A DNA stretch of 63,347 nucleotides, counting the filler, from Phoronis australis (Eukaryota > Animalia > Phoronida): the NCBI GenBank assembly GCA_002633005.1. It is 9 parts of 9 records of this genome, joined end to end, with 100 filler letters (N's around TTAATTAATTAA, not from the genome) between each part and the next. Parts side by side here need not be neighbours in the genome. Positions count along the whole stretch, not along the records: positions 3,261 to 25,695 come from NMRA01001005.1; 8 more parts are not named here. One strand, given 5' to 3'. Position 1 is the first letter of the stretch, and each line of letters begins with the position of its first letter. Below, in pieces: positions 12,737-25,200 of the stretch. The notes beneath the pieces are model-generated. The model made no database searches, had not been told where the DNA came from, and saw only the letters and a list, made by a program, of their open reading frames with translations. The position numbers and the translations under genes are program-made.

Positions 12737-12962
12737 CATTACATATCCATAGTCACCCTACTGTCACACTCACGCACTGAGTCAACCCATTCATTACATA
12801 TCCATAGTCACTCTACTGTCACACTCATACACTGAGCCAACCCATTCATTACATATCCATAGTCACCCTACTGTCACACTCATGCACTGAGTCAACCCAT
12901 TCATTACATATCCATAGTCACCCTACTGTCACACTCATGCACTGAGTCAACCCATTCATTAC
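12737..12962. repeat. 55-bp minisatellite, 4 copies, in intron 1 of the Ig gene
   Basis: Unit cattacatatccatagtcaccctactgtcacactcatgcactgagtcaacccatt starting at 12737, 12792, 12847 and 12902. Confidence 0.95.
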
Positions 12963-15242
12963 CCAAACATGACATTCTTGAAAATTTAATAATTTGCTCC
13001 ATGTAAGAACACACTAGTTGATATTGTGAGTTAGTGTTTGTTTCGCCACTGTCTCTGTAATCTCGGAGTTATTGTTGAACAGAATAGACTTCTTGACCAG
13101 AGCTATGAAGCAACCAAGTCCGCCGTGTTTCTGTAATTTTGTTACAAATCTTTGGAGTTGTTTGGCAGACATTTGCTGAAATCAATGCCGGGTTCTTTAC
13201 CATTCACTCTTAAATTACTGGGAGATTTAATGCGTCGAGTTTGGCTCATCGGCAGAGCGTTCCCCTGCTACTGCCGGGTTAATAAGTTCTATTCGAATTT
13301 TGATTTAGGCCATTTACTTTAAAGGATCCGGTCCAAGTTTTTCCTTTGCCAAATAAGGTTAATTTCTGAGTTGAGAAGAACTATAAATTTGTTATGGCTC
13401 GAGACCAGGCACTACAAGTTGTCTTGGGGTGTCATTTTATGCACCAAGCATGGTGCAATAACGAAATGTCACTTTTCCAGGTCCAGAAAGCATTTCTCAT
13501 ATGGGTCAAGGACACATTGAGACCAGTTTTTAGCAGCATTAACATGGATCGCCAACTCCATATAGTTTCAATGGACGAAATCTGTGCTTTTACAGAACCA
13601 ATGACGTCATTATGCGTTAGCGACACCTGGCCAAATTATCTGGTGTTATTTCCAGCATGTACGTCGTCTGCTAATCATAGTCGGCTGTTTTCTTGTCACA
13701 GATAATGTAGGAGAGTGACGCCTCCTCTAGGATAGTACGCAAGAAAATGTCGGAGTTGCGAAGCATTTGTCTATAATCTATGGTAACGGTAACTGATCCA
13801 GCATCACAGGCACCAGATATGAGAGAGAAGACGAGTGCATGGTTTGAGTAAAGCGTGTAATGTAGAGATGACGGGAGGTAAAAACAACTAAAACAATTTT
13901 AAAAGTGCGGCATCACAGTCAGTGTTGTGTCTCAACACTACTGGTTTTAACAGGGTATTAATTTTTAAAAGTACTGCATATCGCATCGGAAGTATTCTTG
14001 GCACATTATAAAAACGTATTACACTAAATAGGCTATAGACCATTCAACTCTAGGACAGCCTATACAATCTCTTCCGAGGCTACTTTGCTACTTGGGGGGG
14101 TCAACATAATTTTGATGGTTTTAGTGTCATTAAGTGATATACTTTAAGAATCTAGAAAGCGCTCAAGGTTTTGCGTGCACGTTTTCGAAAAATTTACCAT
14201 AGAAAATCCTTCTTTAAAAACTAACAACACTGACCATAAACAAAACGGTAATTTCACTTGGGTTTGTTCATTTGAAGTTACTAGAGAAGGAAATTGATAA
14301 ATATTACGAAAGTAGTTGAAAACTGAAAATAAACACTTTAGCAGCACTCCCTGTTGTCCGAAAAACGCTACTGTATTCTGAGCTCATATCAAAAGAAGAA
14401 TATTTTATCCATTTGGAACTTGATAAAGATTTGATATCTAAATCAATTCATGGATAACTTAACATTTCCAATGCTTCTTCAACCATCATCGCTTTCATTA
14501 TAATTCGTAATTCTCATTATCCACATTGTCGTTGATTGTCAACCCGTCGTGCAGGGAGGAGACATCGAATACAATAATGTTCTGAGAGACGGTCATGAAC
14601 ACACAGTGAGCACGACAGAATGTTGCCGATATTTTCCATAACGTTGCAGTTTTTAAAACATTTGAATAACACAGCACACACTTATTAAATGACTTATTCA
14701 ATACCATCATCGTCAGCAAAAAATTTCGACATTGCGTTCACTCACTCACCCAAACTGTACTTTTCGTTTTCTTTTTAGGACATGAAAACCATGGAAGCCA
14801 TGATGAAATCTTAACAGAGGAGTAGTTTTTAAATTTTCAAAATATAAATTTTGTCAACAACAACCCAAGCGTTGAGCTATTCATGGGAAAGAAGTTCCAA
14901 TCTTGGTATATTTGCTAATTATACTGCATCACTAACTAGCAATAGAAGCTGGGTCTGAAAGAAGGTGGATAAAACCGGTGATAGAAACTGGTTTAAAAGG
15001 CATGTTTCTGCCTGTGTGACCTAGTTCTTCATTGGGTAGAGAAAATAGCCATATAAGGCAAACGTTAATCACTGAAAGCAGCACTTACTTAATGCCTTAA
15101 AATGACCTTATTGGACACCTCATTACCATAAGGCAAATTGAAAGAGAATAATCCCAATTTAACAACATGCAGACCATGGAGGGCGCAGCACTGTGGTGCG
15201 CCGCCCAAGTAATTTATCTGTTCACAAAAAAAAAATACTGAC

Positions 15243-15306
15243 CTTTCAAGGAGACTGTAACAACTAGGAAGAAGATGGTCAACGACAGAGTTGTCTCGTG
15301 ATTCAT
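15243..15306 (-). CDS. Ig-superfamily surface protein, exon 1 (signal peptide)
   Basis: ATG AAT CAC...TTG AAA G|gtcag; MNHETTLSLTIFFLVVTVSLK has a hydrophobic signal core and ends in phase 1, matching the V exon. Confidence 0.75.
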
Positions 15307-16336
15307 AGCTGTTAAACGGTGCTGTAGTCAGAAGACGACCTGCTCCATTCTATGTACGCACATGCACACCGCCCATAAAGTGTGACCTGAACAGAGGAAC
15401 AGTGTCATTTGAGGTCAAACTTGATAATTCGCAACATGTTCTTAGTAGATCAACTGTATTATAAACGAGTGTCACACACCGGTGCCTGCTAGCTACGGTA
15501 GGTGGTAACGACGAAATTCCTGCGAACACTGTTAGTCTCATGTCGGTTTTCAGTCAACTTCCCCTGTTTGTACAAACCTCCTGCCACCGCGCCACATCGT
15601 CCCGCCTTAACCAAGGTTATCCCTAAAAAGCTTTGTCCGGTCGTCGTCTCACAAATTTAAGGCTTGGAATTTTCCGCGGAAACGAGGATTTCCGCTTTCA
15701 TCTCTTATTTGCTCGGTGCATTTTTGTTATATTTCCGTGGAAAAATGGGATTTGCCATAAAATTTACGCGGCAATTTGGTTTCTAAGGGCGGCGTTGCCG
15801 ACAACTCGAAAAGCGCTCTTTGTGTTTCGGAGGTTCCATTTGCGTTGGAATTAATTTCTTGTTGGAATTGAATGTGTATGTATTTCAGGCTTTCCAGATG
15901 CTCTCTGGGTCGATTTTCAAATTTTTATTATAATTTTGTATAGTAATAATAAGAACTGAGAATAATTTTATAGGTTTCCTGCAGCAAATCAAGAATAAGC
16001 TTCTGTCACTCACACTGAAAATTTTGCATCATTATCTTTATTATTTTAATTTAAAAGGATATCTTTTTTTGCATCAAATTGCCTGCATTATTATTACTGA
16101 AATAGATGTCAGGTGCTGCTTAAGATGAGTGCGTTTTGCCAACACGACACAGTTACAGGGCATCTTATGATAATGTTTTCTTTCGATCAGTTGAGTTATG
16201 GTTGTTTAGAATGCAATGCGTATTTTGGGCAGTAAAATTTTTCTCTTTTTTGTCATGGGTCATTCCAAGTCCTGCAAATCCAACAAGCAAAACTTCCCAG
16301 GTGAGGCGTGTCTGAACTGCTCGTGTGCTGCCACTT

Positions 16337-16670
16337 CAGGAGTGGATCCAGGATTTTGAGTTGGGGGGGGGGGAGCAGTGTAGAGTATTAGACAGGATTT
16401 TCACGTCAGACAATTGACCTATCGCAAGCTCCGCCCCCTTGCGTAATGTCGAGTAACAAACAATAAGTTTTACTCGGCAACATGTTGTTTGTCGGGTAAA
16501 ATAGCGGCTTGGAAACGAAGGTGTGTCAATTATGCTGCGTTCTAAATGGTCAGTTAAGCCGTCACTCAAAATCCTGGCGATAGGTCAATTGTACCCCCGA
16601 ACTGCCAAACGGAATCTGGGAGAATTTCAGGGGGCTATGACCCCATTTGTCCCACTCTAAATCCGCCACT
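16337..16670. mobile_element. hAT-like non-autonomous element (CAG(T/G)GGCGGAT...ATCCGCCACTG type); related ends at about 20411, 22273, 23070, 38460-38485 and 50460-50593
   Basis: Starts caggagtggatccagg followed by a G-run and ends aaatccgccactg. The segment ggaatctgggagaattt..agggg is shared with 50460; poly-G/poly-C subterminal tracts occur in the copies. Confidence 0.6.
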
Positions 16671-19600
16671 GCACACCACTGCGGATGGTTCCCCTCAACT
16701 GTCAGTTAGGACGATGCATTCACAAAAGTAATACCCCTTGTGATAACGTCAACAACGAATAAGCAATAAAAACGCACACACTGGTAATATGAAAACTTTC
16801 ATATCTCCGTGTCAATAGTCTGATGATTCACAATTTACTTACATTCATTTGTTGCACACGATCACAAAATTGAACTTTTATGAGGAATTCACTTCCGGCC
16901 AAGTGAAGCGATCGACGAGAGTAAATTATTCGCCCCGAATAGCTAGCATATGAAAGGGTTGATGTAATCATTCTCGCAGTTCCCCACAATTCCATGATGA
17001 AGATTCTAAAGGTGAAAAATGGCTACGAGAGCAAAAATTCCCGGGAATGATTTGTTAAGGACTTAGAAAGTTATAGTGTTAGCAAGCTCAGGTCAGCATA
17101 ACGAGTGGATTTGTGTATGGGGTAAGCCTATCATTTATACCCAATCTCAGGTAAGTTTCGTGACTCAATGATACGAGAAAACAACGTAAAACGTTGATTA
17201 AAAACCGAACTTATTGTGACTTGATACAAAGTGTGATTGAACAGTCCTGCTGCAGCCATATTAGTAGCATGCATACAGTGTTGTAATCAAAAGCTCGCTT
17301 ACCTGCTCAACTCAATATCGCAGCAAACCTTGTTGAAATTCAGCCAGTTTAGCGCACCTTTTGTTGCTCCAAGTTTAGTGCCCCGCTGTTATTCCGAATC
17401 TAATGCACCGTGAGTGACCTATTGTCCAGCCCAGCAGAAGACTGGCTTTCAGGGAACCACTTTTAAGGTCAACAGGTCATTCACAACTGTTGCTATTATG
17501 GTGAAACAACTACACATGTAACTTGCATAGTATAAATGGTAAAGAATTGTGATAATTTCTGGTGAACAACCGCACCAGGAAGCATGTGCTTTTAGTCAAA
17601 TTTTCTGCAAAATTCCACAAGAAAACGTACATGTTTTCTGAAAATAGAAAGATTGTAGAATTTTCTACTTAACACAAAGAAACAATATTGCAGGAATAAC
17701 AAGGCATGGCCAAATTTCATTTCACATATAAATTCATAAACAGATCTCAAAATTAGATTTCAAAATGTCCTTTCAGAGTCATTTCATGGGGCTTTTCGAA
17801 TGAAAACAGATATTTTCATAAAAATCAATAATTACAACCTCAAGTTTTGACGGTATCTTATTAAAAAACTAGCCCGTTTTGTCTGGAGAACAACTTTGGT
17901 AGCATACTGTCTGTTTCATTTGAGTCTAATAAGCTGTTTTTAGATACCATGTTAGCAAAATTTCTAAATTTTCATCAAACCATAAAGTAAATCATTAACT
18001 CTTAACCTCCCTTCTTAATTCCGACATAGACAAAAGCAGAAAAAAGTTAAATATTCGCAGGCTGTAGAAGATCCGAATATGTCCAAAATGACCAGGTACC
18101 AAAATGCACAGTGGTACACTGCATAAAATTAAGATTTTTATTAGGGCTGCTGTGCGGTAACTTACTACTGTGTGTCACACTCTTTACTGTACAGGAAGAA
18201 CTTTATACTGACACTTGCATGTCTATTTTATACTCTTATATCTACAAATATACGACAGAGCACAAGTATACGGAAAGGCATCCGCAGTCTCTCTGGTATA
18301 ACAATACCGCAAAATATCATACAAAATATACAAGTACGCAAATCAGGTACGCAACTTAGTCTGCAAATAGGACTACCAGTAAGAAGACCTATGTCACCAC
18401 CATATCCAATTTGATCAACGAACACTCTATAGCTAATCAAAAGGACAAATAACATTTGTGTCTACGACGTACGTCAGGTGACGGTGGACTCCCATCTATA
18501 CAATAAATGCCCAGGGGTCTTGTTTCATGAAAGTTTAAGTCTAGAAGCGTTCCATTGTTGGCATAATGTCATCAACACTATTCACTAAGTTATGTAATTA
18601 TTGAAGAGTCAAACCATAGGCTAGGCTATAACAAAGACCTATGGGCCAACAATCGACTTCACAAAGATTGAACTATTATGATCCACTGCAAGTAACGGAA
18701 TGAAATCAAAGAATATTAGATTTTGGAATCGTAAATTAACAATCTTTTGTTGAAATAATTCAGACATTCTGGTAAACTGAGATAATGTATACAGTCACCT
18801 AAACCTGTAGAATTATTCCTGTAATACTACTGTTACACTGACACGCTTTCTAAAACTTGGCGCAGTCATATTGTTTACTAATACTAATAGCCCGGGTGCG
18901 GGTTCCCAGAGGCAAAACTCCTACCTATCCGGCTAATAACTGACTGGCTTAGACATCATTGCTTCAAAATGAACTTTAAATATACTAAAATGGTAAATAT
19001 CAAATAAAAACAGCTTACGCCTTTCTTGCTCTTGCGTGGAAGCACTCGAACGTGGATTTCATTCGACGAAACTGAACTTGCCATCGGCACCGGGCCTACC
19101 TGGGAAGCGTACAACGCAGCGATCAGGTGTAACTGTTGTACGTTAACTTGGAATCTTGAGTGGACTTGGAATGAATTTCTATTCCGAGTTCACCCAAGTG
19201 ATCTTGAGATTAAGCAAGCGCTTGCGACATCTAGTGTGCAGCTGCTAAGTAAATTTTCGCCATGAATCAAATGTCGGACATGAGTTCGTTTGTCGTGAGT
19301 TATTGTTTCTGTTTTAATTATTTTTATTGCCCATTCTGCATGTTATTCTGGTCTTTTTAATTGTTTGCAGTGACTGGGATGGTTGGGTGGGTGACCGAGG
19401 GGCTGAAATGACAGGCAACCTTGGACCTTTGCAATGAAAAGGATGGGCAACAAAACACGTAGCCCCTCGGTTGGCCTGCGGCATCCAGGGTGATGTAATT
19501 GCCCACGAAGAGGATTAAGTCAAGAGCTAGGATACAATGAATGAGTTTCTACCGTACTATACTAGTAGTACCTACCAACCGGGAGGGGTTTTGCATTGAA

Positions 19601-20908
19601 CAGTGCGTCATGCCCCCGGTTGTACCTGCCACCTCACCCCCCGTGTATACGCCAGTGCTTAGAGCTCGCACTATGCTCGTAGTTGGTGGCAGTGTTTTCA
19701 TTTTATAACTCACTTATGACATCGTCAATCGTTGCCAGCATGGCCTAAGCAGGGATCTGTAATCGTTTCTTATCTGATTAAGGAAGAAGTTCAGATAACT
19801 CTTGTTCAGTAAAAGTGTTATTTTTGGCAAATAAAGTGGAAATACTAATTTCATTTTTAAACGTGCAATTTAATGAGTATTAGTTTTTCATTGGTAATGC
19901 TGTGTGATGTTATTATACTGGTTCCTAGTACAGACCCACATAACGATACGGCAATGTATGTAAAGACTTAATCATTCAGACAAAAGTGGTCCAGTGAAAT
20001 AATAGGGTCCATACCACTTGCTTGGGCACAATATCTTTCTAACCACTGCCCAGCATTCGCTGTTTGAAAAGCAACCATGACCACGACTGAGTGAGGTAAC
20101 ATATGAATATGTGTCTTTTGCAGGTTGTCAACATCTCTAAATACAGTTGATAACATTTAACAATTAACTAGACTGAAACATGGTGGCATACAGTAATGTT
20201 TGATACAAATGTTCCGATGGGAGTGAGGAACATACAGAGGTAATGACATATCTAAGTAATGTTAATATTGGTTTTTCGTTATGCAAGATAGGTGATTTTC
20301 AGCTTTTTTATGCAGTTGTCATTGTCCTTGAAGGTTGTCTTCTATCAGGAACTTGTTTGTTCCATCAATGCTTTCATTTATAGGTTGTATTTAAAGTTGT
20401 CAATTATGGTTAGGCAGATTTAGGGGGGGGGGGGGGCGCCACGGGGCCCGGGTCCCCCCCTTGGCTGCCACAAGCAAAGTGAAACAAAAAACAGCACGAA
20501 GCGTGGCGAAAAAGTGAGTTCAGTAACTAGGACCAAGTCACCAGTCAAAGATTCTTTTCTTTCAAAATTTTAACCGCAAGAAATGATATGCCGCGACGTA
20601 TACACGGTGTAAATGAGAATTACATACCATTTAAAATATCAAACAGAATATATACATGTATTCTGAACCAGTGGCTATTGATTGAAATGAACAACAAGTG
20701 TTATAAACATATTCTGTCAGTGTCTAAATTATCGGAAAATTACAAAAATACAGACGCATAGTACTCCTAGATCCTAAATATCAGTTATACGGACTATTCA
20801 ACGGGTATATAGCGCAACATATAAAGAAGGTCATTGGATAAAACTATTCATGAAAACCAAAAAAAGCTTTAACAAAAGGAGATTTACGGGTGAAAATAAT
20901 AAGGTAGA

Positions 20909-21054
20909 GTGCAGTAGACAGTGCTAGGACCTACGTTGGGAGCTCGCTAAAATCTAGCCCAAATCACGTGTTCTCATCTGAGATATACGACAATGTCACG
21001 CATATGTAACTTCTCGAAGTCTTGATTTTTAGCGAGGTCCTAGCGTTACTGAAC
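20909..21054. mobile_element. MITE family B, copy 1
   Basis: TIR-like (GT)TCAGTA..GCTAGGACCT...AGGTCCTAGCGTTACTGAAC; internal sequence matches 48723-48877 (inverted) and 53512-53667. Confidence 0.8.
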
Positions 21055-21935
21055 TCTGTCCACAACAATCTGTGACGTGTACTTAAACTTTATTTCAAAA
21101 ACTTATATATCTGGTATAATTTTGGTGGAGAGAGGGATTAAAGAAATATGCAATGTATTGTTCAACTTTAGTTGCAATCTTCTTTTCAGTGGTTTGTGTC
21201 ATGAAATGTAACTTAAACTTCAGTCACAAATTTGGTCTTATGTCTATTTCTGAAAAATTATTAAGTCTAAATTGAACAAAAGTGCAAAGTCTCTAAAAAT
21301 AAACACATAACCGCTAAGTTACTGAGGTATAGTTTATAAATTATTTTTACACTGTGAGCGCTGATAATTGTTAGACTGAACGTTTTTTCATTATCTTTGA
21401 AGTAGGAGCGAAAGATCAAATTCTGTCTGAGTAGTTAGGTTCTGTGAATTTTTAATTTCAACTATTTGATTGGCATTTCAAACCTCCTTGGTTTAGTAAG
21501 GTCAAAAATCTGGTCTGCAGTTGTTTTCAATAGCGATACGGTGTTTAGCTCGTTTTTTCGAACACAAAAACACATTTGATATAGTTAAAGCTATTAAATA
21601 ACTTAAAGCAGTCATTTCTCCACAAAAAACCCAAAAAGCGCCTTTTGAACCAAGAACCAACAGTGTACTTTTGAAAACTAACACGGGTCCATGTGTAAAG
21701 CTGTTGAACATGCATAAGGACGTGCTTTTTTCTTGTTTGTTTTTGAGTTGTCATGCGCAGCTTTAGAAGCATTCTATAGGAATTATGACAATATATTTTA
21801 AGCAATCTTTATAATGTGATATCATATGATGTCAAAAATTACAATTTTCATGTCTAAACGCCTTCGACAAGAATGTCCTGCATCATCGACAAATCCGTGG
21901 TTTCGACTGAAAGAATTCGCATTCCCATATCCTCC

Positions 21936-22200
21936 TTAGAAGTATTCTAAAACTTCTTTCAATTTATGCTCTAAGTTATCTTCTACACTTGCAAAATTCA
22001 GTTCGTTATACTCTTCACGTGAATCTCCCGCGCTCTTTGCCAGTTCTTCATAAACAGGGGGTTGTGTCAAGTTGACGTAAGGTACGTCCTTTGTTCGTTG
22101 ATAAGCGTAAGCTTGTATGCCTGAGAAGGCACCATCTTGACACTGACAATCGTCAACTCGCTCATGTTCACCCGTCTTACTGACCTTTTCTAGTTTAATT
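21936..22200 (-). CDS. Probable terminal exon encoding a cytoplasmic tail with tyrosine-based motifs (upstream same-strand gene)
   Basis: ttttcag|A ATT AAA...TTC TAA; ...DVPYVNLTQPPVYEELAKSAGDSREEYNELNF... has three YxxL motifs, of which VPYVNL fits the ITIM consensus. Upstream exons were not located. Confidence 0.5.
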
Positions 22201-25200
22201 CTGAAAATATTCGGGTCTGAAGACGATTTTAGTGACACCATCGTTTATTGAAATGGGGATTTGGAACACCTGCATAGGCGAATTTAGGAGGGGGGCCAGG
22301 GGGCCCGCCCCCCCCCTTTGGCTGCGCAAAAAATAAAACAGCAAGAGTGTAGGGAAATGTTGAGTTTATTAATTAACTCCGGTAATTAACATTATACTGC
22401 TGAAACAAGATTTAAATGCGTGCAGTTTTAGTGTTTTTTTTTGGGGGGGGGGGGCTCAGATCCAATATCAAGTGTCAAATTCGGAACACGGCGCAATCGT
22501 AACGGAACTATGGCTAAGTATAGGCTCTCCCGCGATATCTCAGGCGACCGGCAGTGGCGCTGGGCACTACGACTCCGTTTCCGTCGTCTGCTCCACTGTG
22601 CGATGAAAAAAATACTTCATTTTTTTAAAGAAAATGGAATCTTTGTGATGATGAAAAAACAGAAGCTTCTAGTAAGATGTCAATTTTAATCGAAGCCTCA
22701 GTGAATCACTCAGAAACTCATAATTCTCTCTTTGTCAAACCTTAACTTTTAAAAGACGATTTCCAAAGCAATTGCCAACAAAAAACGGATTTGGTCTTTT
22801 GGGCAATTGAAGACTATTTTAAATACAACAAATTTGTAACGAACTGATTGCACAAAATATAAAACATGTAATAAGCATTACAAAAAATGGGTTCAGTGCG
22901 CAAACGCTGTGGACCATAAACAAATAGGTCTCTTAGTATCAGGATAGGAGTTAAATCGTGGTGGTGGCAACCCCCCCCATCCCGACTTCCCCCCATTGGG
23001 TGCTATGCGCATCTACAATCGTGCTTTGAGCAAATGTTTAAAGACAAAATGTTGGCCTCCCTGTGATATCCTAGATCCGCCACTGTGAGCAAACTTATGC
23101 ACCCGCCCCTGTATGTTAACACGAACATTTCACAACTCTTTGAAGTTGTGTATTTCCTAACCAATGAGTACCTACTAGCCTGGATGCCAAATCTCCAATA
23201 GTAAGCATTCGTAGATAGTTCGTGTTTACTTTTCCTCTTTCTACAGCCGTCCATGCCAGTCAAGCATTTTGCATCTAAAACTGAGGCTTACTTTCAATGG
23301 CGAACTAAAAAATACTTTAGAGCACGCGTATTTTAAAGACACTGTTTTAGCATTATTTCAGTTAAAATCTTCATAAAACGGATTTTAACGCAGGTTTGTT
23401 CAGTCGAAACTAGTACACATTCAACCCAACTCCAAATATTTTCAAACTTAACTGAATTTAACATACAGTTTAATTTTAGTTTTAGTGGTGCACTACTACC
23501 TAAAATGGCTTCTAGAGTAACAGCGGATTCATGCATTATGGATGCTTATTCAACTGCCGTCATACCCAATGAAAAATATTTTTAAAAGTGATAATAAAAT
23601 ACGGCAAACACAAGCAGGTTCGAAAGTTACCAAATTTTATATTTTAGTGATGCCTTTCGACTGACGAAACTCATCCTGTGTTGTAAATTTTTTAAGGGGA
23701 GATATCGTTAAAACAAACAAGCTAACAAGCACGTAAACAAGCAAAAAATTACTAAATCAGCAAACCAGCAAGCTTTGTCAGAAATACAATTTCCAAAAAT
23801 AGAATTTCTCTTACCAGTTAGTTCCCTGAGACCAGTACTCGTTAACTCCACATCCACTTTCAAGTACAATTTCTCAAAATCAAGATGGTCCAACGAACGA
23901 ACTCATTTGAAAATTGTTGTAAACGCACTGAAATGGACTCATCTCTTTATCGGTAGTCAGAACAAAACCGTTCAAAGAATGACCAGCTCAGACAAACTTT
24001 CAACTGCATGGCTAACACGTTTTCAACAGCAGCGATGGGTCATTTTCAATGTTGAAAAAGTGGCCAAGATAGTTTTCCACGGCGGGGTAAATATGTATTA
24101 TTACACCGGCTCAGTGCATGGCAACAACAGGGGAGTGTGGCAATGAAACCTCAATCCCCGGCATTCGTATAAGAATGAACAGACCACTGCGTCAATGAAA
24201 TGACAACCCCCTTGCTTGAAAAGTGACCTTGATCGTGTAACCTTGTGGAGCGCCTCGGAGGTCACCTCTCAGTTATCAAGTTTCAGCTGATCCGTCATCA
24301 TATTAATTTTTGGCGTTCCTGTTATCATTTTGCGACTCTCCTCAGTTTTCCTTTAGTGTCCTATTTTGAAGTAGCAACCTTTGGGCGCGGAAGACGAAAC
24401 ACCGTTCATACCAAACCTTCTGCCGTCGATGCTTGACGGCAGGTCTGGTTAGTTATACAAAACCGACCGTGAACCCCCCTCGGGTACTGCTGTTCTAGTG
24501 ACACGTTTCCAATGCAAGTTTCCACAGATCCATGGGGTCATTTTACGTTCACCGCATTAAATAGAGATACTAGTAAAGAAAGACTCGGCGGAGTCACACC
24601 CGATCAAATGGGACAACGAAGCAATCAAGATTCTCGTACAATCCGCAGCTGGTTGCAATGGTTTAAGTTTGATACTTCTTTACTTATCGTCTCGTCGTCA
24701 TGCCATGAAGTCGGGGAGAGGCTACATGAAAGAATAAAACATCTGGCAGGGGCCGGCAGTGCAGACCTCGAAACTAAGCGATCAGTGTGCTTGGGGGTTT
24801 CAGCCGCCAGGGGGCACAGTAGGATTGAACAATGGCAAAGATCTGAGGGGCTTCAAAATCCTGTTTATTTAGCACCACACGCCCAGTGACGCCTTCAGCA
24901 GGTAGACTAATTTCACTGATTCCTTCAAGAACATTACAGTAAACGTGCCGCAGCTACTGGTGAATCCCGCCGGGCCGCATTCTGCCAATGACAATACAGT
25001 TCCGTACGAAATCCCAGCGCTCGTTTTTCCTGGGAGTAACACAGTCCCATGTGTGACTGAACTAGTTTGGCAAATACAAAATTGTGCACCAGTGACGGGC
25101 ATTCACTTTTGAATATGACGTGACTTTCATGTAACTAAGAGCAATAAAAAACAGTCATTCCATCCACGTAGCAAATGTTTTAATTTTACCTGTACCTGTA

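Noticed and set aside
12200-14650. V(D)J-like recombination signals around the V exon (for example CACAGTG near 14604)
   Set aside because: No nonamer at 12- or 23-nt spacing, and the V domain is complete within one exon.
14498-14809. Two small exon-like segments in intron 1 of the Ig gene (…KKKTKSTVW|gtgagt and cag|NIIVFD…ENYEL*)
   Set aside because: Phase is incompatible with the signal-peptide exon (immediate stop) and there is no homology support.
19380-19522. Structured RNA or ribozyme candidate (ccgaggggct…agcccctcgg stem)
   Set aside because: Only one stem is evident, with no hammerhead, HDV, tRNA or snRNA core. Probably a repeat fragment.
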